Shown one piece after another: positions 51,134 to 62,600 of a stretch of 64,000 nucleotides of DNA. A model generated the notes under the pieces. The model had not been told where the DNA came from. It saw only the letters and a program-made list of their open reading frames with translations, and did no database searches. Position 1 is the stretch's first letter, and every line of letters starts with the position of its first letter. Both the position numbers and the translations under genes were made by a program. Source of the DNA: an uncultured Gemmatimonadales bacterium (GTDB lineage Bacteria > Gemmatimonadota > Gemmatimonadetes > Palauibacterales > Palauibacteraceae); the NCBI GenBank assembly GCA_963783385.1, contig CAWANJ010000001.1:32001-96000 (forward strand). Reading direction: 5' to 3'.

Positions 51134-51149
51134 CCGCCGGGACGACCGC

Positions 51150-52046
51150 TCAGTCGGGGCCGGGCTGCGGCACCGGATGGCCCGCCTCCGCCAGCAGGCG
51201 CTCGCTGACCTCCCACAGCCGTGAGGCGAGATCCCGATCGTAGGCCGCCGCCGCCGCCCGGGCGGGTTTCTCCCCCATCACGTACAGCTCCCGCACCCTC
51301 GCCAGCTCCGGATCGATCACCAGTCGCTCGACCCGCTCGCCGCCCCTGTCGGGCGATCCCATGAACGGCTTGGCGAGGCGCGCCACGAGGCTGGCGAAGT
51401 CCCGGTTCCCGTTCCAGATCCGCGTGGCCAGCATGCCGGGATGGAGGGCGAAGACGCCCACGCCCGGATCGGAGAGGCGCCGCCCGAGCTCGAACGCGAA
51501 CAGCACGTTGGCCAGCTTGGAGTCGGCGTAGGCCTGCCAGCCCGAATAGCCGTCCGTTCCGCGGAGGATCTCATCGAGGGGACGCCGCTGCAGCCGGCCG
51601 GCCCGGTGCGCCTCCGAGCTCACCACGACCACGCGGCCCTCGGCGGCCCGCACGCGGTCCAGGAGGAGGCTCACGAGCTGGAAGTGACCCAGGTGAGTCA
51701 CGGCGAGCGTGCGCTCGACCCCGATCCCGGTGCGTTCCAGCGCCGCCCGGTACACGCCGGCGTTGGCCACGAGAGCGTCGAGGCCCTGGAGCCGGTCACT
51801 CACCTCGCCGGCCGCGCGTCGCACCTGGTCCGGCTTCTCCAGGTCCGCCAGCACCAGGGTCGGCTCCGGGCCGCGGGCCCGCCGGGCCACCGCGCGGCAT
51901 GCGGCCTCCCCCCGCTCCGGATCCCGGCACAGCATCAGGACGTGCCACCCGCGCCCGGCCAGGCGCTCTGAGGCGGCGCGTCCCACGCCCGAGTTGGCAC
52001 CGGTGACGAGCACGGTGCGCACACGGTCCCGGTCCAACATCGCCAT
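51150..52046 (-). CDS. SDR oxidoreductase (retinol dehydrogenase-like)
   Basis: TGANSGVG, NAG, VSSEAH, YADSK, HPG. Confidence 0.92.
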   Translation of the reverse strand: MAMLDRDRVRTVLVTGANSGVGRAASERLAGRGWHVLMLCRDPERGEAACRAVARRARGPEPTLVLADLEKPDQVRRAAGEVSDRLQGLDALVANAGVYRAALERTGIGVERTLAVTHLGHFQLVSLLLDRVRAAEGRVVVVSSEAHRAGRLQRRPLDEILRGTDGYSGWQAYADSKLANVLFAFELGRRLSDPGVGVFALHPGMLATRIWNGNRDFASLVARLAKPFMGSPDRGGERVERLVIDPELARVRELYVMGEKPARAAAAAYDRDLASRLWEVSERLLAEAGHPVPQPGPD

Positions 52047-52376
52047 GGCCTTCCCTTCCGTGCGGGTCGAGGTCCCCGGGATCCGCGGATCTCGGGCCCG
52101 GGGCCGTGACGCTCGTCTTCCCGGGCACCCGGGGGTACATCGATGCCTCCACTCGGAGGCATCGCCGCCACACCTGCCTGCAGGTCTCGTACGAGGGACG
52201 CGACGTCGCGGCCTCCATCGCGCACGGCGGCATGGAGCGGGTCGGGCGCTGACCCCGCCGCCGGGCCTTGCCCGGGCACCGGCCGCGCCGCTACTAAGAG
52301 GCCCGACGGAACGTCGCACTGCGGGGCGGTCCCGCGTCGCCCCGACCGGCCCAGGGATCCCTCAAGGAGATGCACT

Positions 52377-54533
52377 ATGCGCCTCATCGCCGTCATCGCC
52401 TCCGCCCTCACGCTGACGGCTGCTCCGGCCCACGCTCGGACCACGCTCCCCGCCGCGAGACCGGGGGCCGTCATGAGGACGGCCGCCCGCGGAGCGGAGG
52501 GGCTACGCAGGGCCCCGGCGGCCGCCGACACCACGCGCTTCGGCTACCTGGATGTGTTCGACCTGGAGTGGGCCGGGGACCCGCAGATCTCGCCGGACGG
52601 GTCCCGGGTGGCGTTCGTGCGCACGGGCTTCGACATCATGAAGGACCGGGAGCGCGCGAGCCTGTGGGTCGTGAACGCCGATGGCACCGGTCTCCGAGCC
52701 CTCACGGACGGCTCGCGGCACGCCTCGTCGCCGACCTGGTCGCCGGACGGGTCGCGCCTGGCCTACGTGGCCCACGGGGAGGAGGGCGCCGAGATCCGCG
52801 TCCGGTGGCTGGACACGGGCCAGGAGGCCGTGCTGGCGCGGCTCCAGCACGGGCCGCGGGGCCTCGCCTGGTCGCCCGACGGCACCCGCCTGGCCTTCGC
52901 CACTTTCGTCCCCGGCGAGCCGCCGCCCGCCATCGCGCACATGCCGCCCAAGCCCGAGGGGGCGGACTGGGGTCCACCCATCCACGTGGTCGACCGGGTC
53001 ACCTGGCGTCTCAACGGCCAGGGGCTCCTGCCACGCGGTCACACCCACGTGTTCGTGCTGACCGCCGAGGGCGGCACGCCCATGCAGGTCACCCTGGGCC
53101 CCTACGACGACGGCGCCCCCGCATGGTCGCCGGACGGAAAGACGCTGTACTTCTCGGGAGACCGGCACGCGGACGCGGACTACGACCCGTCGAACTCCGA
53201 GGTGTACGCCGTGCCGGCGGCCGGTGGGCCGGTGCGGGCGCTCACCGACCGGCACGGTCCCGACGGGAGTCCGGCCGTGTCACCCGACGGCTCGAAGGTC
53301 GCCTACGTCGGCTACGACGAGCACTACCAGGGCTACCAGGTCCGCCGCCTGTACGTCATGAGCTCGGACGGCAGCGGCTCGCGTGTCCTGACCGGTGACT
53401 TCGACCGCAGTGTCGGGAGTCCCACCTGGGCCGCCGACGGCAGCGGGCTGTTCGTCCAGTTCGACGACCACGGCGACACGAAGGTGGGCTTCGTCGGCCT
53501 GGATGGGAAGGTGAGCGTCCTGGCGGACCACGTCGGAGGACTCTCCATCGGTCGGCCCTATCCGGGCGGCAGCTTCAGCGTCTCGGCTTCGACGGGCCGG
53601 TTCGCGTTCACCCAGACGCTGTACGACCACCCCGCCGACGTGGCGGTCGGGAGCCGCAAGGGCGGGCCCGCCTCCGCGCGCCGGGTGACCCGTCTGAACG
53701 ACGATCTCCTCGCCCACCGCGCCCTGGCCACCGGCGAGGAGATCACCTTCGAGTCCTCCTACGACGGCAAGGAGATCCAGGGATGGATCCTCAAGCCGCC
53801 CGGCTTCGACGCCGCCCGCAAGTACCCGCTCATCCTGGAGATCCACGGCGGTCCCTACCTGAACTACGGGGACCGCTTCGCGGCCGAGGACCAGCTTTAC
53901 GCCGCGCACGGCTACGTGGTGCTGTACGTGAACCCGCGCGGCTCGACCAGCTACGGTCAGTCGTTCGGCAACGCCATCCACCTGGACTATCCGGACCACG
54001 ATTACGACGATCTCATGTCGGGCGTGGACGCGGTGACCCGAAAGGGCTACGTGAGCGCCGACAGCCTGTACGTCACCGGCGGGTCGGGCGGCGGCGTCCT
54101 CACGGCGTGGACGGTGGGGCACACGACCCGCTTCCGGGCCGCGGTCGTGGCCAAGCCGGTGATCAACTGGTACAGCTGGGTGCTGACCGCGGACATGTCG
54201 CTGTTCGGGCTGAAGTACTGGTTCTCGGGATATCCCTGGGACAACCTGCAGAACTACATGGAGCACTCCCCCATCACCTACGCCGGCCACGTGAAGACCC
54301 CGACCATGATCATGACCGGCGGTCAGGACCTGCGGACGCCCGATGGCGAGGCGGAGCAGTTCTACCAGGCGCTCAAGCTGCAGAAGGTCCCCTCGGTCAT
54401 GGTGCGCATCCCGGACGCCTCCCACGAGATCGCCGGCAAGCCCAGCAACATGATCGCCAAGACGGCCTACATCCTGGGCTGGTTCGAGCGCTACCGGGAT
54501 GGGTCGGCCAGCGAGGCGAACGGAGGCCAATGA
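52377..54533 (+). CDS. Secreted S9 acylaminoacyl peptidase
   Basis: Signal peptide, WSPDG repeats, EIHGGP, NPRGSTSYG, GGSGGG nucleophile, DLRTP, SHEI. Confidence 0.93.
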   Translation: MRLIAVIASALTLTAAPAHARTTLPAARPGAVMRTAARGAEGLRRAPAAADTTRFGYLDVFDLEWAGDPQISPDGSRVAFVRTGFDIMKDRERASLWVVNADGTGLRALTDGSRHASSPTWSPDGSRLAYVAHGEEGAEIRVRWLDTGQEAVLARLQHGPRGLAWSPDGTRLAFATFVPGEPPPAIAHMPPKPEGADWGPPIHVVDRVTWRLNGQGLLPRGHTHVFVLTAEGGTPMQVTLGPYDDGAPAWSPDGKTLYFSGDRHADADYDPSNSEVYAVPAAGGPVRALTDRHGPDGSPAVSPDGSKVAYVGYDEHYQGYQVRRLYVMSSDGSGSRVLTGDFDRSVGSPTWAADGSGLFVQFDDHGDTKVGFVGLDGKVSVLADHVGGLSIGRPYPGGSFSVSASTGRFAFTQTLYDHPADVAVGSRKGGPASARRVTRLNDDLLAHRALATGEEITFESSYDGKEIQGWILKPPGFDAARKYPLILEIHGGPYLNYGDRFAAEDQLYAAHGYVVLYVNPRGSTSYGQSFGNAIHLDYPDHDYDDLMSGVDAVTRKGYVSADSLYVTGGSGGGVLTAWTVGHTTRFRAAVVAKPVINWYSWVLTADMSLFGLKYWFSGYPWDNLQNYMEHSPITYAGHVKTPTMIMTGGQDLRTPDGEAEQFYQALKLQKVPSVMVRIPDASHEIAGKPSNMIAKTAYILGWFERYRDGSASEANGGQ

Positions 54534-55876
54534 GCGAGATCGTCACCGTCGTCGGGGGCGGGCTGGCCGGGCCCGAGGCCGCCTGGGGCCTGGCCGAGCG
54601 CGGACACGCCGTCCGGCTGGTGGAGATGCGTCCCGGCGCCTCCACCCCCGCCCACCGCACCGGGCTCCTGGGCGAGCTCGTGTGCTCGAACTCCTTCAAG
54701 AGCGAGGATCCGGCCAACGCGCACGGGGAGCTGAAGCGGGAGATGGAGGAGCTCGGCTCCCTGTTCCTGGCCTGCGCCGAACGGGCCCGGGTGCCGGCCG
54801 GCTCGGCGCTGGCGGTGGACCGGGAGCTGTTCGCGCGTGCAATGTCCGGGGCGGTCGCCGAGCATCCCCGCATTGAGAGGGTCCGGGAGGAGCAGCGTGC
54901 TCTGCCGGAGGGCCCGGCGATCGTGGCCACGGGCCCGCTCACCTCGGATGCGCTCTCGGCGGCGATCCGAGCGCGGCTCGGGGACGAGGGGCTCGCCTTC
55001 TTCGACGCGCTCGCGCCCATCGTGGCGCGCGACTCACTGGACGAGTCGATCGTGTTCGCGGCAGGTCGCTACGGCGAGTCGGACGACTACCTCAACTGTC
55101 CCATGGGGCCGGAGGAGTACGAGCGCTTCATCGACGCGCTCCTGGTTGCGGATGTCTACCCGGGCCACGACTGGGAGAACGTGCCCTACTTCGAGGGCTG
55201 CCTCCCGATCGAGGTGATGGCGTCGCGCGGCCGGGAGACGCTCCGCTTCGGCCCCATGAAGCCGATCGGGCTCGCCGATCCCCGCACCGGGAACCGGCCG
55301 CACGCGGTGGTCCAGCTCCGCCGGGAGGACCGGGAGGGGCGCATGTGGAACATGGTCGGCTTCCAGACCCGACTCCGGCACGGGGAGCAGGACCGGGTGT
55401 TCCGGCTCATCCCCGGCCTGGCCGAGGCGGAATTCCTGCGACGCGGCGGGATCCACCGCAACAGCTACCTGAACTTCCCGGGCTGCCTCACGCCCTGGGG
55501 GTCACCGCCCGATCGGCCCGACCTCGTGTTCGCTGGCCAGCTCACCGGGGTGGAGGGCTACGTCGAGTCGGCCGCCAGCGGCCTCCTGGCCGCCGTGACC
55601 ATGGACCGCGTGCTGCGCGGCCTCGAACCCGCGCTCCCGCCGGGCACGACGATGCTCGGCGCGCTCATGCGCTACCTGCGCGAGGCCAAGCCCGGCCGGT
55701 TCCAGCCCATGAACTCGAACTGGGGCCTGGTGGACGCCCTCCCCGAGCGCATCCGGGACCGGAGGGAGAAGCGGCGACGGCTGTCGGAGCGGGCGATCGA
55801 GGACCTCCGCGCGTGGATGGCAGCGCACGGAGTCGAGGCGATCGAGGCCCGGGCGCCGGCCGCGACGAGCCAATGA
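54530..55876 (+). CDS. trmFO: Folate/FAD-dependent tRNA m5U54 methyltransferase
   Basis: GGGLAGPEAA, ELVCSNSF, PAGSALAVDR, YFEGCLPIE, FGPMKPIGL, AGQLTGVEGYVES, FQPMN. Confidence 0.96.
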   Translation: MSEIVTVVGGGLAGPEAAWGLAERGHAVRLVEMRPGASTPAHRTGLLGELVCSNSFKSEDPANAHGELKREMEELGSLFLACAERARVPAGSALAVDRELFARAMSGAVAEHPRIERVREEQRALPEGPAIVATGPLTSDALSAAIRARLGDEGLAFFDALAPIVARDSLDESIVFAAGRYGESDDYLNCPMGPEEYERFIDALLVADVYPGHDWENVPYFEGCLPIEVMASRGRETLRFGPMKPIGLADPRTGNRPHAVVQLRREDREGRMWNMVGFQTRLRHGEQDRVFRLIPGLAEAEFLRRGGIHRNSYLNFPGCLTPWGSPPDRPDLVFAGQLTGVEGYVESAASGLLAAVTMDRVLRGLEPALPPGTTMLGALMRYLREAKPGRFQPMNSNWGLVDALPERIRDRREKRRRLSERAIEDLRAWMAAHGVEAIEARAPAATSQ

Positions 55877-56529
55877 TCCGGTCGGGCGAGGCGGGAGAGT
55901 CTCCGGCGGGCCAAGGCGGGGCGCCCTCGGCCGACGAGGCCACGCCGCCCCGCCTGGTGCTCGCCTCCGGTTCTCCGCGGCGAGCGGAGATCCTGCGCAG
56001 GCTGGGGCTGACGTTCGAGGTCCGACCGACCGGCGTGGACGAGACCTTGCTGCCGGGTGAGTCGGCACGCTCGGCGGCCGAGCGACTGGCGGGCCTCAAG
56101 GCGGCCGCGGCGGTCCGGCCCGGGGCCCTCGTGCTGGCCTGCGACACGGTGGTATCGCTGGACGAGGCGGTCCTCGAGAAGCCGGGCTCCTCGGAGCAGT
56201 CGATCGCGATGCTGGGACGCCTCTCGGGCCGCGAGCACCTTGTATACACCGGGATCGCCCTGGCCACGCCCCGACGCACGGAGACGGCGGTGGAGGCCAC
56301 GCGGGTCCGCTTCCGGGACCTGGGCGAGCGGGAGCGCCAGGAGTACGCGGCCACCGGCGAGCCGTTCGACAAGGCGGGGGGCTACGGCATCCAGGGCCTG
56401 GGCGCGGCGCTCGTCGAAGGGATCGAGGGCGACTTCTTCAACGTCATGGGTCTGCCGGTGCAGCGGCTGCTGGAGCTCCTGGAACGCTTCGGCTGGAGGT
56501 ACGCCTTCGGGAGCCTGCGGCCCCGCTGA
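55873..56529 (+). CDS. maf: Maf-family nucleoside triphosphate pyrophosphatase (YhdE-like)
   Basis: LASGSPRR, DTVV, EKP, DKAGGYGIQ, NVMGLP. Confidence 0.93.
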   Translation: MIRSGEAGESPAGQGGAPSADEATPPRLVLASGSPRRAEILRRLGLTFEVRPTGVDETLLPGESARSAAERLAGLKAAAAVRPGALVLACDTVVSLDEAVLEKPGSSEQSIAMLGRLSGREHLVYTGIALATPRRTETAVEATRVRFRDLGERERQEYAATGEPFDKAGGYGIQGLGAALVEGIEGDFFNVMGLPVQRLLELLERFGWRYAFGSLRPR

Positions 56530-56668
56530 CCGACCCAATGGACCCCCGCGGCACGGTTCTCGTATGGGACACGGCGGGTCCCGCCCGGGGTACAGGGCGC
56601 GGCCCGTGAGAGCCACGACCGGCGGACGGAGGGCCCCCGCCGAAACGAACCCCCGGATTCGAGGCTGG

Positions 56669-57679
56669 ATGACAGACGAGCTGCTGGACCTGGCGGTGAT
56701 CGGTGCCGGACCCTGCGGGTTGGCCGTGGGCGCGGCGGCGCGGGAGGCAGGGATGCGATGCGTGCTGTTCGACCGCGGTCCGCTGACGGCGACCATCGTG
56801 CGGGAGTACCCCCCCTACGTGAGCTTCTTCAGCACCGCCGACAAGTTGGAGATCGGCGGCCTGCCCTTCCCGATCGAGCGAGGCAAGCCCACGCGGGAGG
56901 AGGCGCTGGTCTACTATCGCCGGGCCGCCGAGTTCTTCGATCTGGACGTGCGCCAGTTCGAGGAGGTCCTGGCCGTCGAGGGCACGGAGGGAGACTTCCG
57001 CCTCCTGAGCCGACGTGCCGCCGGGGAGGAGCGCTCCACCCGAACGCGCGCCGTCGTCGTGGCCACCGGGAGCTTCGACGCCCCCAACCCCCTGGGCGTG
57101 CCCGGAGAGGAGCTCCCCAAGGTCAGGCACCGCTACGACGAGCCCCACCCCTACTGGCGGCAGGACGTCGTCACGGTGGGGGGCGGGAACTCCGCGGTCG
57201 AATCGGCGCTCGAGCTGTGGCGCGCCGGCGCCCGGGTGACCTTCGTGCACTTCGCCCACGAGCTCGACAGGGGCGTCAAGCCCTGGGTCCTGCCGGACAT
57301 CCGCAACCGGTTCGAGAAGGGCCAGATCCCCGTGCGCTGGGGTACCCGGGTCGAGCGCATCACCCCCGCCACGGTCGTCCTGCGCGACGTGGAGACGGGG
57401 GCCACCGACGTGATCGCCAACGACTGGGTGCTCGCCATGACCGGCTGGCACGCCGAGCCCCGGATCCTCCGGGACCTGGGGGTGCCCGTCGACGCGGACT
57501 CGGGGGTGCCGGAGCACGACCCCGACACGCTCGAGACCCCGGTCGCCGGCGTGTACATCGCGGGCGTGCTCACGGCCGGCAACGACGCCAACCGCATCTT
57601 CATCGAGAACGGCCGGCACCACGGCCGGTGCATCGTGGACTCAGTGCAGGACACCGGAATCCGGCTCGCCGGCTCCTGA
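56669..57679 (+). CDS. ypdA: YpdA-family putative bacillithiol disulfide reductase
   Basis: GAGPCGL, FFST, KPTREEALVYYR, GGGNSAV, VKPWVLP, IFIENGR. Confidence 0.85.
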   Translation: MTDELLDLAVIGAGPCGLAVGAAAREAGMRCVLFDRGPLTATIVREYPPYVSFFSTADKLEIGGLPFPIERGKPTREEALVYYRRAAEFFDLDVRQFEEVLAVEGTEGDFRLLSRRAAGEERSTRTRAVVVATGSFDAPNPLGVPGEELPKVRHRYDEPHPYWRQDVVTVGGGNSAVESALELWRAGARVTFVHFAHELDRGVKPWVLPDIRNRFEKGQIPVRWGTRVERITPATVVLRDVETGATDVIANDWVLAMTGWHAEPRILRDLGVPVDADSGVPEHDPDTLETPVAGVYIAGVLTAGNDANRIFIENGRHHGRCIVDSVQDTGIRLAGS

Positions 57680-57732
57680 GGGGCGCGCGCGGCGCCCCGG
57701 AGCCGACGAGCGGCGGTGGGTGAACCGGGCGC

Positions 57733-58050
57733 CTAGCCCTCCGCCGGGGCCGCGGCCGAAGACCCGTCCAGCCGGTTCGCCAGCGCCGCCTGGTCCTCGG
57801 CCGCCCGCTCCCGAAGTCGAGCCAGGAACGGGTTAAGGGCCTGCAGGATGCGGGACGCGTCGGCGGGCTGGAGGTCCGAGACGGCCACGTGCGTTCGAAA
57901 CGTGACCGGCCCGTCCGCTGGACCGATGATCGTGTACATGCTCGGGCTCCCGTATCGACTCACTCGCAGACCCACCGTCTTTCCGGGGATGTTTCCCCGG
58001 AGAGACGACTCCGCGCCGACCCGCGTCACCGTCGTCGCGCCACTGGCCAT
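57733..58050 (-). CDS. Hypothetical protein
   Basis: Short ORF filling the ypdA-mgtE gap with a helical C-terminus; start and coding status uncertain. Confidence 0.35.
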   Translation of the reverse strand: MASGATTVTRVGAESSLRGNIPGKTVGLRVSRYGSPSMYTIIGPADGPVTFRTHVAVSDLQPADASRILQALNPFLARLRERAAEDQAALANRLDGSSAAAPAEG

Positions 58051-58249
58051 GCCGGGCACGCCCCTCTTCGGAGGCCAACCTCCCCGGTCTCCCGGGTGTT
58101 CCGGCTGCATCATCGGTATTGCATGATCGAGGCCGGACGAACGACGCCCAATGCGTCCTCACCTTTCCTCCCATGGCAGGGCCATCGATCTTCCGTGGTC
58201 GAGCCCGAGGCGCGGACGCTGACACTTCGAGGACGGCCGGGAGGCACCC

Positions 58250-59587
58250 ATGATCGGCACGCAGATCCCGACCCCCGACACCGAGCGTGGCGAGGCGATC
58301 GAGCTGTGGGAGGCCTGGCCCGCGCTGGACGCCGAACAGCGCGTCGCGGCCTTCCGTCGACTGCCCCGGGCGGTGGCCGACGACTTCTTCCTTTCGCTGG
58401 ATCCACGGGAGCAGGCCGAGCTGGTGACGGGCCTCCCGGCCGGCGAGCGCATGGTGTGGATGCGGCTACTGCCACCGGACGACGCGGCCGACCTGGTGCA
58501 GGAGGCCCCGCCCCAGACGGCTCAGGGACTCCTCGGCCTGCTCGACCCGACGACCGGCCGCGAGGTCACGGCCCTGCTGGCCTACGGGGAGGACGTGGCC
58601 GGGGGTCTCATGAGCCCCCGGTTCGCCCGCGTCCGGCCGGACATGACCGTGGGCGAGGCCTTCGCCTACCTGCGGCGGCAGGCGCCCCAGCTGGAGACGA
58701 TCTACTACATCTACGTCCTGGACTCGGCGCAGCGCCTCCTCGGCGTGCTCTCCTTCCGGGACCTGTTCGAGTCGCCCACCGACCGGCGGGTCGACGAGAT
58801 CATGCAGCGCGACGTCGTGGCCGTGCCCGAGACGATGGACCAGGAGGACGTGGCGCACCTGTACCGCGAGCACGACCTCCTCGCCCTCCCCGTCGTCAGC
58901 GAGGAGGGGACGCTCAAGGGCATCGTGACCTTCGACGACATCGCCAATGCCATCCGCGAGGAGCAAACGGAGGACATCCAGCGAATCGGCGGCTCGGAGG
59001 CCCTGGACACCCCCTACATGGCGACGCCCTTCTTCCGCATGGTACGCAAGCGGGCGGGCTGGCTGTCGGCGCTGTTCATCGGCGAGATGCTGACGGCCAC
59101 CGCCATGGGGCACTTCGAGGGGGAGATCGCCCAGGCCGTGGTACTGGCGCTGTTCGTGCCCCTCATCATCTCGAGCGGCGGCAACTCGGGCTCGCAGGCC
59201 ACCACCCTCGTGATCCGAGCCCTGGCACTGGGCGAGGTGAGGCTACGCGACTGGTGGCGGGTGGCGTGGCGCGAGCTGCGCTCGGGCTTCACGCTGGGCT
59301 CGATCCTGGGAACGATCGGGATCCTGCGGATCCTGGCGTGGCAGGTCGGCGGTCTCTACGACTACGGTCCCCACTACTCGCTCGTCGCCCTCACGGTGGG
59401 ACTGGCCCTGGTGGGTGTGGTGACCTGGGGCACGATGGCCGGGTCGATGCTGCCCTTCGTGCTCCGCCGGCTGGGCTTCGACCCGGCCAGCGCGTCGGCG
59501 CCCTTCGTGGCCACCCTCGTCGACGTGACCGGCCTGGTGATCTACTTCACCGTGGCCAGCCTCATCCTCCTGCACGTGGGCGTCTGA
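58250..59587 (+). CDS. mgtE: Magnesium transporter MgtE
   Basis: CBS pair, SSGGNSGSQ, DPASASAPFVATLVDVTG. Confidence 0.96.
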   Translation: MIGTQIPTPDTERGEAIELWEAWPALDAEQRVAAFRRLPRAVADDFFLSLDPREQAELVTGLPAGERMVWMRLLPPDDAADLVQEAPPQTAQGLLGLLDPTTGREVTALLAYGEDVAGGLMSPRFARVRPDMTVGEAFAYLRRQAPQLETIYYIYVLDSAQRLLGVLSFRDLFESPTDRRVDEIMQRDVVAVPETMDQEDVAHLYREHDLLALPVVSEEGTLKGIVTFDDIANAIREEQTEDIQRIGGSEALDTPYMATPFFRMVRKRAGWLSALFIGEMLTATAMGHFEGEIAQAVVLALFVPLIISSGGNSGSQATTLVIRALALGEVRLRDWWRVAWRELRSGFTLGSILGTIGILRILAWQVGGLYDYGPHYSLVALTVGLALVGVVTWGTMAGSMLPFVLRRLGFDPASASAPFVATLVDVTGLVIYFTVASLILLHVGV

Positions 59588-59644
59588 GAGCGGCGGGCGC
59601 GCCCCGCGCCCGCGAGACGGCCCCTCCGGAGCTCCGCGTGGCCC

Positions 59645-62600
59645 CTATTCCCGCTCCCGCACCCCGGCGGCCACGCCGACCGGGTCCTGCCCCAGCCAGT
59701 ACACGCCGTCCGGCTTCACCTGCCGGGGCCACACTTCGTCGAGGGTGTTCCCATCGTACAGGCGGCCGTTCTTCATCACGTAGCGGATGGAGTTCGTGTT
59801 GTGAATGTCCTCCAGGGGGTTCCGGTCCAGCACCTGCAGGTCGGCCAGCTTGCCGGGCTCGATCGAGCCGAGGTCCCCGTTCAGCCCCAGGTCGTCGGCC
59901 CCCATGATGGTGGCCACCCGCAGAGCCTGCATGGGCGTCATCCCGCCCGAGGCCACCATCCACAGCTCCCAATCGTAGCCGAGGCCATCGAGCTGGCCGT
60001 GACTTCCGATCCCGAGCCGTCCGCCGGCCTCCATGATCTTGCGGGCGTAGGTCGCGATGTGGGAGAACACGTGCTCGTCGTCCCGGAACCAGCCGCCCGG
60101 CCCGGGGCCCGTGCCCTGGCCCCGCCGACGCGTCTTGGAGTCCAGCTCCTGGTGCGGCGTGAAGTGCCGTAGCTTCGCGTCGTCGTGGGGGTTATGGCGC
60201 GTGTAGTAGTAGTTCTCCCCCCAGGGGCCGCCGTACGCGACGATGAGGGTGGGCGTATAGGCGCTCTTCGTGTGCGCCATGAGCTGGATCACGTCATCGT
60301 ACAGCGGGAAGATCGGCAGGGCGTGCTCGTGCCCCGGGTAGCCGTCCAGGACGTGCGTCATGTCCAGCTTGAGGTCCAGGCCACCCTCGGTGGTCGGCAG
60401 GAGGTGCTGCTCGCGCGCGGCCATGATGACCCACTGCCGCTGCTGCCGGTTCCCGGTCATGTACATCTTGATGTACCGGGTGTGGTAGTACTCGCTGTAG
60501 CGATCGAGGACGTCGCGCGCCTCGTCCAGGCTCGAGATCATCTCCGAGCTGAACACCCCGGGTCCGGTCGAGAAGATGCGCGGACCCAGCATGCGGCCGG
60601 CCTCCACCCGGTCCGCGTAGGTGAGGACGTCGGTGGTGGACGTCTGGGGGTCGCGGGTCGTCGTCACCCCGTACGCCAGGTTGGCCATGTACTTGGGGAC
60701 CTGCGTCTTGTGGAGACCCCACACCGGCCACGGATGGGCGTGGGTATCGACGTAGCCCGGGATGATGGTCTCTCCGGAGACGTCCATGATGTTCGCGCCC
60801 TCGGGAATCGTGACCTGCCCGCGGGCCCCCACGCCCTCGATGCGAGCGTCCCGGATGACCAGGTCCGCGTTCTCGATGACCTGGTCGCCCTTCATGGTCA
60901 CGACCCGGGCGCCCCGGAGGACCAGCGTGCCACGGGGAATGTCGCGTGGGGCCCGAACGACGACCCGCTTCTCGACGGGCCGGTAGGCGGGCTCCTCCTT
61001 CTCGTCCTTGCCCTCCTCCTCGGTCGCTTCGGGCTCCGTGGCCTCCGCTCCGGCGCCCTTGTCTTCGCCGGCTTCCTCCTCGCCCTTCTCGGCCGCCTTC
61101 TCCCGGGCCTCGGCCCGCTTCGCCGCCTTCACGCTGTCCTCGGCCGCGCGCGCGGCCACGAGATCGTAGGCGAAGTGAGCGTTCCCGATGGACCAGTGGA
61201 CGGTACCGCCGTCCGCGCCCCAGGCGATGAACTGGCCGCCCACGTCCGTGAGCTTCTTCACGGGCACGGCCGCCTTGTCGGGGGTCCCCACCGAGACCGT
61301 GGGGGTCTCCCCGCCGACGAAGGGCACGGTGACCACGTACACCTGGTGGTTGACGTGGGCGAGGGCGCGCTGCTCGTCCGGGCCCATGTAGACCTCGTCG
61401 GCCCGCAGCGGCTGGCGCGACCCGGGCGGGGTGGCGCCCGTGACCTTCAGATAGCTGCGCGAATCGGTCCCGTCCCAGCGGATGGAGACGAGACCGTCCC
61501 GGACGCTGTACAGAAAGATCCGGTCCGGCTCGGCCCGGGTGAAGTGCGGGTTTCCGCGACCCTCGGTGGGAGCGATCACGGTCGCCGTGCCCCCCGACGC
61601 CGGGACCCACACCAGGTCCTCGCGCGCGCCGGGCTCGAACGGTCCCTGGTGCTCGAAGTAGGTGCGGGCCGGCCCGCGCACGGCCACGATCCGCTCCCCG
61701 TCCGGGGACCAGGCCGGCTCCTGGTAGAGCGCGTCCATCGTGGTCAGCCGCTGCGGGCGGCCGCTCCCGTCTGAGCGTATCCGGTACAGGTCCCCGCCGG
61801 CGCTGTCCGACCACGTGGCGTAGGCGATCCAGCCGCCGTCCGGCGACCAGGTCGGCTCGGCCTCAATGAGGTCCTCCGACGACGTGAGCCGCTTCGGCTG
61901 CCCATCGGGCCAGTCCATCACGTAGAGTCGGTCGAGCGCCGTGAACGCCAGCCGCGTCCCGTCGGGCGAGGGTACGGCGTCCCGGATCTGGCGCACCACG
62001 AAAGTGGCCGAATCGGGGATCGGGTACTCGAAGTCGAGCCTCGGTCCGAGCGGCACGTCGGTGTGGACGGTGAACGGGATCTCGGAGGGCGCCGACCCGT
62101 CGACGGGAACCCGCCAGATCTTCCCGCCGTAGGTGACCACCAGGGCCTTCGAGTCCGGCGTGAAGGACATGCCCGGATAGACGTCACGGCTGGCGCTCGA
62201 CTCCTGGTCGTCGCGCTGCACCGGGTAGGCGAGCCACTTCTCCTGCCCGGTGGCCAGGTCACGGATCCGAAGGCCGGTCTGCGCGTCGTGACGCGTGCCG
62301 TACACCAGCCAGCGACCATCCGGGGAGAGGGTGGGTCGGAACGCCGAGCCGTAGCGGTCCGTGCGCGTGAAGGTCTCGCCGGTCTTCCGATCGTACTCGA
62401 CCAGCTCGTACTGCGGGAAGATGGCGTTGTATTGCCAGGTGCCCTCGCGCTGCGCGAACCAGATGTAGCGAGGGTCCTTCCCGAAGGCGGCGCCCGTGAG
62501 CCGGAGGCCGCGCGATCGGCCACCGCCCGATCCCTCCGGGTCCTTGACCAGCTGGATGCCGGTGCCACCCTCCACGTGGTACATCCACGGCTTGGCGGGT

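Noticed and set aside
58051-58249. M-box (ykoK) riboswitch upstream of mgtE
   Set aside because: Only GACGCCCAATGCGTC loosely resembles it; the conserved AGGTGAGGCT 5' element is absent.
60990-61140. Purine/pyrimidine-skewed repeat-like tract
   Set aside because: It encodes a Glu/Lys/Ala-rich linker within the amidohydrolase gene.
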